A model generated the notes under the pieces. The model had not been told where the DNA came from. It worked only from the letters and a program-made list of their open reading frames with translations, and searched no databases. A stretch of 64,000 bases of DNA, from IMG/VR virus record IMGVR_UViG_3300032213_002933, one strand, 5' to 3'. Made by a program: the position numbers and the translations under genes. Below, in pieces: positions 49,859 to 59,787 of this stretch (its first letter is position 1; each line of letters begins with the position of its first letter). This DNA is from an uncultured virus (IMG/VR IMGVR_UViG_3300032213_002933) (lineage: Duplodnaviria; Heunggongvirae; Uroviricota; Caudoviricetes).

Positions 49859-50196
49859 TGTGGCTCACCTTCTTGCTCTGGTAATGCTGGTTCTTCTTCT
49901 TCAACTATGTCCCATTGACATGTTGTTTCGTTCAAAACCCATTCGTGTTCTTCAGGTTTTGGTGGAATAAAAGCATCCCGTGTTTCATCATAGATGTAGC
50001 CAATACCAGCGTAGTTAAATCTTACTGGTTCTTTACCTTGCGAGTGTTCTCCAGCAAAAGTATTGACAGATGTCTTAATCCAACGCCCACCAAGGTTGTC
50101 AATTAACCATTGATAGCCTTCGTCGGGTTCGTCATTATTACCTACTGTAATATTGATAACAATATTGTTTTCGTCTATTTGTGCCCAATGACTCAT
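49855..50196 (-). CDS. small fibre-associated protein (likely ATG at 50196)
   Basis: MSHWAQIDENNIV...WIKTS...NYAGIGYIYD..RDAFIPPKP...W.L.E.TC.W, a family usually found after Gly-rich fibre genes; ATGA overlap. Confidence 0.65.
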   Translation of the reverse strand: MSHWAQIDENNIVINITVGNNDEPDEGYQWLIDNLGGRWIKTSVNTFAGEHSQGKEPVRFNYAGIGYIYDETRDAFIPPKPEEHEWVLNETTCQWDIVEEEEPALPEQEGEPQ

Positions 50197-53100
50197 GTTA
50201 ACCACCTTAAGAAAACTATTCCAGCCCTACCCCCAGATGCTGTGGACCCACTGCTTGCGACTCCTCCTCCACCAGAGCCTAAATCAGTGGGTGTAGTTCC
50301 AGCCGTAGTAGCTCCCCCGCTTCCGCCTGCACCAACAGTAAATGTTGGGGCTATAGTTGGATTTAACGATGCTCCGCCCGCGCCACGAATGTTTAATGAT
50401 GCGTCACCACCATTACCGCCAATTCCTGCACCTCCGCCACCAGCCCTAAAGATGCCACCACCACCTGAACCGCTGGCTCCAGCACCTCCCAAATAATGAT
50501 TATTAGAAGAACCATTACCGCCACTAGCGCCCCAGGCCCCGCCCCCTCCTGGGGACCCACCACTAGGCCCTGAACTGCTGACTATGGTGGAACCTGAATA
50601 AACTATTGAAGTGGTACCACCACTACTGCCGCCGGTGCCAGTATAGGTAAAGCCAGTATTACTACCAGAAACATATGTACCACGGCTTCCACCGCCACCA
50701 ATAGTAATTACGTAATCACCCGTGCTGCCACTTGTTCGTGTTCCAGATGTGTAGTTTCCACCCGCTCCTCCTCCACCGCCACCACGGTTAGCAAGACCAG
50801 TGTTATTACCTCCGCCTCCACCTCCTGAACCACCACTCAAAGCAAAATATTCAATATCTTTAGCGCCAGTTGAAATTGTAAAAGTACCGTTAGCAGTAAA
50901 GTACACACCTGTATATCCAGCACCAGCATCATATGAAGTGCCACCTGAGGTCGTAAAAGGAATAGCTATTGACCAAGTAAACTCCTTAGTGACATTACCT
51001 CCAGCATTTTCTGCTTTAACAGTAAATGTATAGGAAAAAGAAGAGCCATTAACAGGTGTTGTATACGTCCCAGTAATTGCTCCAGTAGAAGAATTAATAC
51101 TGAATCCGCTGGGCAAAGATCCAGCACTAATGCTATATGTTATTAGTGTAGGATAGGCTGTGTTGCTTGATACTCCATCCGAATAGGCGGTATTGTATGT
51201 TGGAGTTCCTAGTGTTTCGTCATTCCATGTTGGAGCCTTATTAACGTTGAAACTAAAAGATTTATTTATACTTCCTTCACTATTGGTGGCGGTTATTGTA
51301 AAACTGTGATTGCCAGTTGCGGTGGACGTTCCACTCAATGTGCCAGAAGAGCTCAATGTTAGCCCCGTTGGTAACGAGCCAGAGGTAACTGAAAATGTAG
51401 CTACTGGATAAGACAAAGTAGAAAGCGAATCCGAATATGCGGTATTATATAATGCATCTGCTAAAGTTTCATCATCCCATGTTGGAACCTTATTAATTGC
51501 GCCGGAAAATGATTGAGTGACAGATCCAGTTTCATTAGCTGCTTGGACAGTGAATGAATATGCTCCGTAATAAGTTGGGATACCAGCAATTGCTCCATAA
51601 GCTGGGGTGCCAGTAATTACTTCATTTACATTAAAAGACCGCACTGCGCGCACTCGGTTTTCGTAATTTTTGTAGTGAGCGTTCTGAAAGCCGTCGACAA
51701 AACTTTGATTATACGCGCTGCTGGGGCCATCTTCAGAAGAACTCCAATAGGGCTGACTTGTCGCGAAATCAGCATTCAAAGCAGCCCTGTTTATGTATAT
51801 TTGGTCTAGTTCATGAACTGAAGGCAAGAACCAATCTGATTTTCCTCCATAAACTAACTCACTACAATACACGGCAGCCGACGATGCTGCCACATTTCCT
51901 GATTGGTTCACAATATTAATAGTGTTCTGTTCGCCAGTACCGATGTCGTTATCATTAGGCCCCGTCGCCGTCACTAGCCAATTTGACCCAGTCGCCCAGT
52001 CTCTTATAACGTCCGTAGAAACTGGTGCTACCTCAAAATACTTACCTGTGGAGTTTCCAGCCGTAGACGGAGTAATGAATACCTTGCCTCCACCAGGACC
52101 AGTATCGCCAACATTAAGTGTCAAAGGGTTTAAAGAAAGCCCCGTTGGTAAAGTTCCAGAACTAATTGTATATGTTGGACTTCCCGTAGCGACTACTCCA
52201 TCCGAATAGGCTGCATTATATGTGAATGCTGCCAGTGTATTATCCGTCCATGCGGGAGTCACAAACAAGCTGTCAGTAAATGATTGAGTAACACTACTAA
52301 CTGCATTTTCCGCTCTTACAGTGAAAGAATATGATCCAGCTGTTGTTGAAGTTCCAGTAATTGCACCAGTCGAAGAATTTAGAGTTATTCCAGATGGAAG
52401 TGCTCCGGCAGAAATAGAATATGTCACTGCGGGATAACCTGAAGCTGCAACTGCGTCACTATAAGCCTGCCCGTAAATCATATTTGCAATTGTTGAATCA
52501 GTCCACGCTGGAGCTGTGTATATCGTTCCGCTAAAAGCTTTTTCGGCGTAGCCCCAAGTGTTAGTTGCACGAATTGTAAAACTATAAGAACCAGTAGAAC
52601 TAGTTGTTCCTGTTATTGCTCCAGAAGATGTATTAAGTGATAATCCAGTTGGTAGTGATCCAGAATAGACAGAGTAAACTATAGTTGCCGTACCTGTGGC
52701 AGAAACGCCATCGCTATATGCTACGCCTTGAGTAATGGCGCCGAGTACTTGATCAGACCAAGATGGCGGAGATTGAATAGTTCCTGAAAAAGATTGAGTA
52801 ACATTGCCAGCGGTATTTTCTGCTCTTATAGTAAAACTATATGATCCGCTTTGCGTTGAAGTTCCAGTTACTGCGCCAGTAGAAGTGTTTAAACTTATGC
52901 CAGTGGGAAGTGCTCCCGACGAAATTGAATACGTTATTGTAGGATACCCTATGGCTGCTACTGAATCTGAATATGCGATATTGTAATTAATATTTACTAA
53001 GGTATTGTCTGTCCAACTTGGAGTTCTATTAATTGCGCCGGAAAATGATTGAGTGACAGATCCAGTTTCATTAGCTGCTTGGACAGTGAAGGAGTATGCT

Positions 53101-54707
53101 CCATAATATGTTGGAGTACCTGTTACTGCTCCAGTGGAAGAATTTAATGATAATCCTGTTGGTAAAGTTCCAGAACTAATTGTATATGTTGGCGTACCAG
53201 TTGCGACTACTTGATTAGAATAAGCAGCATTGTACGTAAAGGCAGCTAGAATATTGTCTGTCCATGCAGGCGTTACATATAGGTCATCGGTGAATAATTG
53301 AGTAACATTGCTGACCGCATTTTCCGCTTTTACGGTGAATGAGTATGACCCAGCTGTTATTGACGTTCCAGCGATTGCGCCAGTAGAAGAATTTAATGTT
53401 ATTCCAGATGGAAGTGCCCCAGCAGAAATGGAATATGTTACTGCGGGATAACCAGAGGCCGCAACTGCGTCACTATACGCTTGGCCGTAAATCATATTTG
53501 CGATTGTAGAATCTGTCCATGCGGGCGTTGTATATACAGTTCCAGTAAAAGCCTTGGATATATGACCCCAAGAGTTTGTTGCACGAATTGTAAAATTATA
53601 TGATCCAGTTGAGCCAGTTGTTCCGGTTATTACTCCTGTAGAACTATTGAGTGACAGTCCAGATGGTAGAGAACCAGAATAAACGGAATAGGTTATTGTT
53701 GCCGTACCAGCAGCAGAAACGCCATCGTTATATGCCGCGCCTTGAATAATGGCACCAAGTGTTTGATCAGACCAAGATGGCGGAGATTGTACTGTTCCAG
53801 AAAAAGATTGAGTTATTGATCCAATTGCATTTTCTGCTTTAATCGTAAAGGAATATGCTCCACTGTCTAATGTAGTGCCACTAACTAATCCAGTTACTGA
53901 ATTAAGAGTAATGCCTGATGGGAGTTCTCCAGAAGAAATTGAATATGTAGCAGCAGGATATCCATCAGCCCAAACTGAATCTGAATAGGCTGTGTTATAA
54001 TTAATATTAGCTAAAGTAGAATCTACCCATTCTAGATATTCATAAATTGTTCCAGAAAAACTTGCTTCGTTATAATGCTTTCCATCATCAGTTGTAGCTC
54101 TAGCCGTAAAAGAATATGCGCCACTAGAGTTAACAGTACCTGTTATTTGCCCAGTAGATGAGTTAATTGTTAAACCAGTAGGCAGGGCGCCAGACGATAT
54201 TGAATAAACTGTTCCTATTGCGGAAGGTCCATCCAAATATGGATCTCCGTAAATAAATGGAGCGAGTTCTAAATCTTCCCAAACGGGTGCAAGATTTACT
54301 TGATAATTTTTAACACCGCCGTTGTCAACTTCATTTACTTTTCTTAAATTAGGAGTATTGTAATAGACGGCGTATTGTCCAACTATTTCTTCTGCTGCCG
54401 TATGTATCTCATATGTCTTAAAGTAAAGATAATTACCTTCTATGACTGTCTCAACAGGATAGGAGTTTTCTCCTTTTTCATATGTGACGACATATGAAGT
54501 TTCGTCTGTTTGATTTTCTAGAGATGTATCTTTGTATGTATTAATGTTGATATCTAATATACTTGCAAAAATCCATGTATTGGCTTCTAGGGTATCTCGC
54601 GGAGTAAACCTGCCTATAAACCTTTTACAATAGGGATATGAATAATTAGAATTAGTCGTAGACGAATTTATGGATTCAGTTGATTTGAGGTATTTAAACC
54701 ACGCCAT
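50193..54707 (-). CDS. adhesin/fibre with 11 Ig-like (He_PIG-type) repeats, inserted C-type lectin (DUF1566-like) domain and Gly-rich C-terminal domain
   Basis: repeated YSISSGxLPxGLxLNxSTGxIxGT...YSFTVxA; DWFLPSVHEL...YWSSSE...VRAVRSF; GGGGG-rich tail. Confidence 0.85.
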   Translation of the reverse strand: MAWFKYLKSTESINSSTTNSNYSYPYCKRFIGRFTPRDTLEANTWIFASILDININTYKDTSLENQTDETSYVVTYEKGENSYPVETVIEGNYLYFKTYEIHTAAEEIVGQYAVYYNTPNLRKVNEVDNGGVKNYQVNLAPVWEDLELAPFIYGDPYLDGPSAIGTVYSISSGALPTGLTINSSTGQITGTVNSSGAYSFTARATTDDGKHYNEASFSGTIYEYLEWVDSTLANINYNTAYSDSVWADGYPAATYSISSGELPSGITLNSVTGLVSGTTLDSGAYSFTIKAENAIGSITQSFSGTVQSPPSWSDQTLGAIIQGAAYNDGVSAAGTATITYSVYSGSLPSGLSLNSSTGVITGTTGSTGSYNFTIRATNSWGHISKAFTGTVYTTPAWTDSTIANMIYGQAYSDAVAASGYPAVTYSISAGALPSGITLNSSTGAIAGTSITAGSYSFTVKAENAVSNVTQLFTDDLYVTPAWTDNILAAFTYNAAYSNQVVATGTPTYTISSGTLPTGLSLNSSTGAVTGTPTYYGAYSFTVQAANETGSVTQSFSGAINRTPSWTDNTLVNINYNIAYSDSVAAIGYPTITYSISSGALPTGISLNTSTGAVTGTSTQSGSYSFTIRAENTAGNVTQSFSGTIQSPPSWSDQVLGAITQGVAYSDGVSATGTATIVYSVYSGSLPTGLSLNTSSGAITGTTSSTGSYSFTIRATNTWGYAEKAFSGTIYTAPAWTDSTIANMIYGQAYSDAVAASGYPAVTYSISAGALPSGITLNSSTGAITGTSTTAGSYSFTVRAENAVSSVTQSFTDSLFVTPAWTDNTLAAFTYNAAYSDGVVATGSPTYTISSGTLPTGLSLNPLTLNVGDTGPGGGKVFITPSTAGNSTGKYFEVAPVSTDVIRDWATGSNWLVTATGPNDNDIGTGEQNTINIVNQSGNVAASSAAVYCSELVYGGKSDWFLPSVHELDQIYINRAALNADFATSQPYWSSSEDGPSSAYNQSFVDGFQNAHYKNYENRVRAVRSFNVNEVITGTPAYGAIAGIPTYYGAYSFTVQAANETGSVTQSFSGAINKVPTWDDETLADALYNTAYSDSLSTLSYPVATFSVTSGSLPTGLTLSSSGTLSGTSTATGNHSFTITATNSEGSINKSFSFNVNKAPTWNDETLGTPTYNTAYSDGVSSNTAYPTLITYSISAGSLPSGFSINSSTGAITGTYTTPVNGSSFSYTFTVKAENAGGNVTKEFTWSIAIPFTTSGGTSYDAGAGYTGVYFTANGTFTISTGAKDIEYFALSGGSGGGGGGNNTGLANRGGGGGGAGGNYTSGTRTSGSTGDYVITIGGGGSRGTYVSGSNTGFTYTGTGGSSGGTTSIVYSGSTIVSSSGPSGGSPGGGGAWGASGGNGSSNNHYLGGAGASGSGGGGIFRAGGGGAGIGGNGGDASLNIRGAGGASLNPTIAPTFTVGAGGSGGATTAGTTPTDLGSGGGGVASSGSTASGGRAGIVFLRWLT
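51491..54030. repeat. tandem duplication of a 4-Ig-repeat block (1014-bp period)
   Basis: repeats 2-5 match repeats 6-9 in order; 64-bp exact DNA match at 51491-51554 and 53027-53090. Confidence 0.85.
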
Positions 54708-54708
54708 A

Positions 54709-56490
54709 TTATGTCACTTCCGTATAAATAATTTCATATTCATGATTATCTATTATATTATCATCAATCTCTATATTAACAACTGCATCGCATCTTGGCA
54801 AACCGTTAACTATATCGACACTAAAACTGGCTATAGCTACAGATAACGGTGCTGTCACAAGTCGCTGAGAGTTATTTGAATTTCGAGCTCCTTGATAATC
54901 TATATCAAGAGAAGAAATCTTAGTAGACCCGTCTGTTCCCGTGTGCGCGTGAGTACTCAGATCTACGCCATCTATAGTAACGCCCTCTGCAACAAGTATA
55001 TCACCTATTATTCTTCCTCCATCCTTAAGTAGATATTGTGGATGGTGATCTTCATCTAACCCCTGCAATAGACTATGGCTAGACTTTAGGTCATCTTTTC
55101 TTGTGGGGCTTATGATTACCTGTCTGAACAGCGAAGAAACCCAGTCATCAGATACTGGTAATAATAAATTTGGCTTTTGAACGCCTTTAAAAGACATCTG
55201 TGCAATAAAATTTGCATACTTTCTTTTTTCATGCACAAGTCTCAGCAGTGCATCCGTTTTTCCTATTACGGTATGATGCCTATCAATGATGTCGGCAACT
55301 ACAGAAGTGAAGTTACCTTTCATTAAAACTGAAGCTATCAATAATTCTTCAGCTAGGAATGGGATGCTTTTGCCTACTGACGTTGTTTGATAATCTAGTT
55401 CTAGGGGATTTGAAATGTCTGAGGAGAATTTTAAGGCTGGATTAATATATCTTGTATAAAAAATTTCAGAGTTATCATGGAGATCCCTTTTAAGGGAGCT
55501 GAGAATATCTTCAATTTCAGAGTTTACGGCATTTAATTTAATCGCAAAAAAAGCTTGAAATTTAGAGGCTTGTTCTTTTGAGATTTGATCCAATTCGGTT
55601 CCGGGAATTTCTCCCGGCTTTGATATGATCGTCTTTGCAATCCTGCTCGTATAGTGCAGGGCCGTTTTCCCCCACGAGTCATAATGGACTGCGATTTTTT
55701 GTTGTAATTCATTTTCATAATCGTCTCCAAAATCTATAGATAATGACATTTTTATTGATTTAACTTCATTTAATAAATAGTTTAAAAGTTTTCTGAATTG
55801 AAAAAAATAAGAAAAAGTTGAGTGTGCTATAGAATGTTCATATTCTTGCAAAAATTTACGAGAGATTGTTGAATTCATTCTTTCCGCAAAAGAAACCTCT
55901 TCATAAGAAATGTACGACGGGATTGGCATTTTGATATTCGAGGGTTTATTAAATTCTGGAGGGTATGGCTGGATAGTTATAAGCCCCTCGTCGGAAGATG
56001 ATGGATTATCATTTATGACTTTTGGAAAATCTTCTAGATAAGGATCTTGTTCTGCAGTATTAGAACTTTCACTAACAGCGGATGTAGAAGAATATGAGCT
56101 ATTATTTATTTTTTTATTAAAGAATTCAATAATTTGTGGAGATTCTACTCTTAAAGTTTTATTTAATTCATCCCATAAATTTTGGTGAGATATCAATAAA
56201 TCTAAATTTAAGTTTGGATTTATAAAAACTTTTTTCATTAAATCTTCGATATCTTTAATGGTATCTAATATTACCTGCTCAGCCAAAGATATTTGTCCCC
56301 TAATGGAGTTAAGTGGTAGAGAATATGTTTCCATTACAGAACCATTAGAACTTTTTCCGACAGTTCTCAACATCTCCCTTGCATAGGCTTGATTGTCCGA
56401 AGTATTGACAAAGGATGAATCGGAGAATTTATAATCTCCATGAATTTGATTATTTACCCCTGTGTACTGATTGCTATTATTTATCGACAT
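54709..56490 (-). CDS. hypothetical structural protein with fibre-like C-terminus
   Basis: helical body; HSLLQGLDEDHHPQYL and IDGVDLSTHAHTG motifs of trimeric fibres/spikes. Confidence 0.5.
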   Translation of the reverse strand: MSINNSNQYTGVNNQIHGDYKFSDSSFVNTSDNQAYAREMLRTVGKSSNGSVMETYSLPLNSIRGQISLAEQVILDTIKDIEDLMKKVFINPNLNLDLLISHQNLWDELNKTLRVESPQIIEFFNKKINNSSYSSTSAVSESSNTAEQDPYLEDFPKVINDNPSSSDEGLITIQPYPPEFNKPSNIKMPIPSYISYEEVSFAERMNSTISRKFLQEYEHSIAHSTFSYFFQFRKLLNYLLNEVKSIKMSLSIDFGDDYENELQQKIAVHYDSWGKTALHYTSRIAKTIISKPGEIPGTELDQISKEQASKFQAFFAIKLNAVNSEIEDILSSLKRDLHDNSEIFYTRYINPALKFSSDISNPLELDYQTTSVGKSIPFLAEELLIASVLMKGNFTSVVADIIDRHHTVIGKTDALLRLVHEKRKYANFIAQMSFKGVQKPNLLLPVSDDWVSSLFRQVIISPTRKDDLKSSHSLLQGLDEDHHPQYLLKDGGRIIGDILVAEGVTIDGVDLSTHAHTGTDGSTKISSLDIDYQGARNSNNSQRLVTAPLSVAIASFSVDIVNGLPRCDAVVNIEIDDNIIDNHEYEIIYTEVT

Positions 56491-56496
56491 TTTTTC

Positions 56497-58356
56497 CTAA
56501 AACATTTTTCTAGTTTTTTTAGAACTAGTTGATCTCTTAAAGCTTCCAGTTGAGTTTAAAGCATTTGCTCTGCCAGTGATTACAAATTTTGACTTTTCTT
56601 CTCCTGAATCTGAACTATTTTGTTTGGGCATAAAAAACTCATTAGAAAAACTTTCTGTTCTAGTAGCGTAGTTGCCTTGCGAAAATTCTCCATAGTTTTG
56701 CGTTATTGCCAGCAGTGCTAGCATCAGCGCATCATGAGCGTGATCCATTGCTGAGCCAGCTGCTTCGAATACTGGCCGACCAGTTTGAGTTGTCCTAATA
56801 ACAACATAGGATATAAGTTGCATGTAAATCTCTTCGTCTGATTCTGGAATAAGTATTCTTTCTTTTTCCAAGAACTGCCTAAGATTGTCAACCATAAAAG
56901 GTTTCATTTCTTTTTTGATCATTAGCTTGGTATATGGATCTCTAACGTCAATGCTTTCACCGAAGCTAATACCCTTAACTTTATCCCTAAGACCAGAATA
57001 TGGATTTTCTACTCCATACTTCTTAAGTAGTTCTACTTGAACTTCTCCATATCCCCTGTCAACATAAATGTGCTTAGGATTAAATGCCCGATTTAATTCA
57101 ATAATTCTATCTACAGCTTTTGTCAAAGTATATTCTGATCTGGGTATTTCTTCCCTATAACAGATTCTACTCTTGCCTCTAAATCTAGTGTCTTCATAGT
57201 TTTCTGCACATGTTTCTACTATGACTATATTTGTTCCCGCGCCATATTTATCCCAGTCGACTCCAATTGTATGGAAAGATCTAGCTGAAGTAATTTCAGG
57301 AGTGTAATCCCAAGATGGCGAAATAAAAGCTCTGTCAACAAATTTTCTCGGATAAACACCTTCAGAGTCTTCACCCCAGTCAGCTTCTATTTCGTGACGA
57401 TATCCACTTGGGGAATATTGTTCTCTAAATTCTTCTTCTTGTTCTTTAGAAAAATATGGATTGCAATAGCTGGGAAACCAGAACTCTGTAAATCGTGGAG
57501 ATCTACACCATTCCCAAAATCTTTCTCTACGACCGGTAGGAGTAGAGGCGCCAATCATGACTTTATCAGGCTGATCTTCTGCTGTTTTCTGGAGCATGGC
57601 GTACAGTGCGTCAAGGTCGTCTGCGTGCATATAGTCCATTTCGTCAAGAACAATTAAGTGTGCTTCCTGACCACGAGCAACGTCACTCTTTCCTCCGGAC
57701 TTCATTCCTGAAGTAAAGAATCTAATTGTTGATCCATTTGAAAACTGAATCATGAACTGTGGACTCGTAACTTTTCTACTGATAGAGTTAGTTACAACTT
57801 CATTCTTAGAAGCTATTCTTAGTATCTCTTGATAGATAAGTTCAACTTGAGTTTTCATTGGCGCGATAACCAATGATCTTCCGTCTTTATGGGTATAACT
57901 GTAGTGCAGTAGCATTATTGCTAAACTAAATGTTTTACCTAAACGACGACCAGCTCTAAGAACTTTTCTTAATCCTGGATCTCTTAAAATTAATATTTGG
58001 TATACTCTAAGTTCAGCTCCAAGAAATTGCTTAGCCCATACTACTGGATCTCTCGAAATATGTAACTGCCTTTGGTGCTCAGCGCTAACGCCTGCCGCTA
58101 ATAAGTCAAGATCCATTTCAAATGGCTCATCGACAAGTAAAGCTAATTCCCTATTAGTTAACTTTCTTTCAATTACCGGAGTTCCGTCGGTCCATGAAAT
58201 ATGATTTAGTTTATTTTCAAAAACCCATTCAATTCTATTTATCTGCTTTATCAGCTCAGGATCCTGATCTTTTATTATCTCAAATAAATCTTCTCTTGAA
58301 AGACCTTCTAGTGCTTCTCTGAATTTTTGCGTTTTATTAAAAATACCCATAATCAC
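56497..58356 (-). CDS. terL: terminase large subunit
   Basis: Walker A AGRRLGKT, Walker B LIVLDE, motif III ASTP, nuclease IGVDW and DHAHDA. Confidence 0.95.
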   Translation of the reverse strand: MIMGIFNKTQKFREALEGLSREDLFEIIKDQDPELIKQINRIEWVFENKLNHISWTDGTPVIERKLTNRELALLVDEPFEMDLDLLAAGVSAEHQRQLHISRDPVVWAKQFLGAELRVYQILILRDPGLRKVLRAGRRLGKTFSLAIMLLHYSYTHKDGRSLVIAPMKTQVELIYQEILRIASKNEVVTNSISRKVTSPQFMIQFSNGSTIRFFTSGMKSGGKSDVARGQEAHLIVLDEMDYMHADDLDALYAMLQKTAEDQPDKVMIGASTPTGRRERFWEWCRSPRFTEFWFPSYCNPYFSKEQEEEFREQYSPSGYRHEIEADWGEDSEGVYPRKFVDRAFISPSWDYTPEITSARSFHTIGVDWDKYGAGTNIVIVETCAENYEDTRFRGKSRICYREEIPRSEYTLTKAVDRIIELNRAFNPKHIYVDRGYGEVQVELLKKYGVENPYSGLRDKVKGISFGESIDVRDPYTKLMIKKEMKPFMVDNLRQFLEKERILIPESDEEIYMQLISYVVIRTTQTGRPVFEAAGSAMDHAHDALMLALLAITQNYGEFSQGNYATRTESFSNEFFMPKQNSSDSGEEKSKFVITGRANALNSTGSFKRSTSSKKTRKMF

Positions 58357-59783
58357 CCATAATGTGCTGCCATCATAGCGCCCTCTGCTCCGAGAGCACT
58401 TCTTGCATTAAGTCTAGAATTTTGAATTGCCTGAACTCCTCTAGATCTAGAGGTTGCTGCTGCTTCTGTGTCTTTATATCCCATTCCAAAAGCTGGTTTA
58501 GCTATTGATCCTTGTAAAGACTTGTTAGCGTCTTTTGCTAAGTTTATCCCACTTTTAACAACTTCGCCAGCCATTTGACCAATATCATATATAAATGATG
58601 CTGCCGCAAGCACTTGAATGCCAGGTATAGCCAATGCTGCGCCTCTTGTCGCTAACATTTTTCCAGCGCCAGAAACTGCTAATTTGCCTGTAGCACTAGC
58701 GCCAAGTTCTCTAAATAAAACTTTACCACCAGTACCTCGCAAAAGATTTATGCCCCCTTCGGCACCTTTGAAAAGTTGTCCTCCAAATTTTAGTCCATCA
58801 TCACCGAATGCTTTTGCAAACGCACTACCAAATGCATTTTCTGCCCTCGCAGCACCCTCTAATGCTCTTCCAGTTAAACCACTAACACCACCAAATCCTT
58901 GAGCACCTCTTGCATATCCTGCAAGGTATGTCGTACCAGCTCCAGATAGCGACGATGCGTACATATTACCTCTTACGCCGACTTGCCCTGCATTTTTCCC
59001 AGTAACTGCATATCTCATCGCATCATCGGAAAACGAAGCACCGTATGATATATTACTATATGGGGCAGTATACCCTGCTCCCATGCCAGTACTTCCCCTT
59101 ATAACAGTGGGCTTAGTGAAGGTGGGATTATTCATTTTGCCTAACTTACCTAGGGCATCGTCTGCTTTAGCCAATTTTCTGGCTGCTCTTGAACTACCCT
59201 TATTAAAGGCTTTAGCCTCTAGCATATCTACTCTTCTACCTGCGCTTATACCTGACAATAACCCTGGCCCAAAAGCAGATTCCCCTTCCTTGAGTTCTAT
59301 CCCCATATTTGCTATTGCTTTTTTTCCAGTTTTAGTATTTCCTATAAAACCAGATGCCCCAAAGGGTGTATAGGCTTTCTCAGATGAGTCTGCAAAAATG
59401 CTAAGTGAATGATATCTTCCTAGGTTCCTAGGCCTTAGACTTGCATTATTCAATCTAGATGATCTAAGGAATGGACTTTTTCTTGCGTCTCCAGTAAGAC
59501 TTGCCATTGTTTGATTTCTTTTTGCTCCACCAAAAAACTGTTTAGTGGCAGATTCATAACTATTCATGGATCCAGATTGTAAAGTTCTAAATTTGGCTGC
59601 TCTTCTGGCGTCTACTCCCTTGCCCAGCATAGATGGATTGTCCATATATCCGCCACGCAATAGGGTACTGGAACCCCTCTTGGAACTAAAGCCGGCTGAT
59701 GCAGCTAGTCCTGGCATAGAATCTGACATGCGGGACCATAAGGGGGCCTCAGGCGTGTCTATGGGAATATCTCCTTCGAGCAT
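58353..59783 (-). CDS. Gly/Ala-rich basic protein with hydrophobic helix, possible internal virion protein
   Basis: 476 aa; GAALAIPGIQVLAAASFIY segment; coupled to terL. Confidence 0.5.
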   Translation of the reverse strand: MLEGDIPIDTPEAPLWSRMSDSMPGLAASAGFSSKRGSSTLLRGGYMDNPSMLGKGVDARRAAKFRTLQSGSMNSYESATKQFFGGAKRNQTMASLTGDARKSPFLRSSRLNNASLRPRNLGRYHSLSIFADSSEKAYTPFGASGFIGNTKTGKKAIANMGIELKEGESAFGPGLLSGISAGRRVDMLEAKAFNKGSSRAARKLAKADDALGKLGKMNNPTFTKPTVIRGSTGMGAGYTAPYSNISYGASFSDDAMRYAVTGKNAGQVGVRGNMYASSLSGAGTTYLAGYARGAQGFGGVSGLTGRALEGAARAENAFGSAFAKAFGDDGLKFGGQLFKGAEGGINLLRGTGGKVLFRELGASATGKLAVSGAGKMLATRGAALAIPGIQVLAAASFIYDIGQMAGEVVKSGINLAKDANKSLQGSIAKPAFGMGYKDTEAAATSRSRGVQAIQNSRLNARSALGAEGAMMAAHYG

Positions 59784-59787
59784 TGAC

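Noticed and set aside
50900..54300. Periodic repeats as a CRISPR array
   Set aside because: They are ~255-bp in-frame protein repeats with synonymous variation, not repeat-spacer units
56497..58356. Intein or intron in the terminase
   Set aside because: Length and motif spacing are normal, with no splice-junction or homing endonuclease motifs seen
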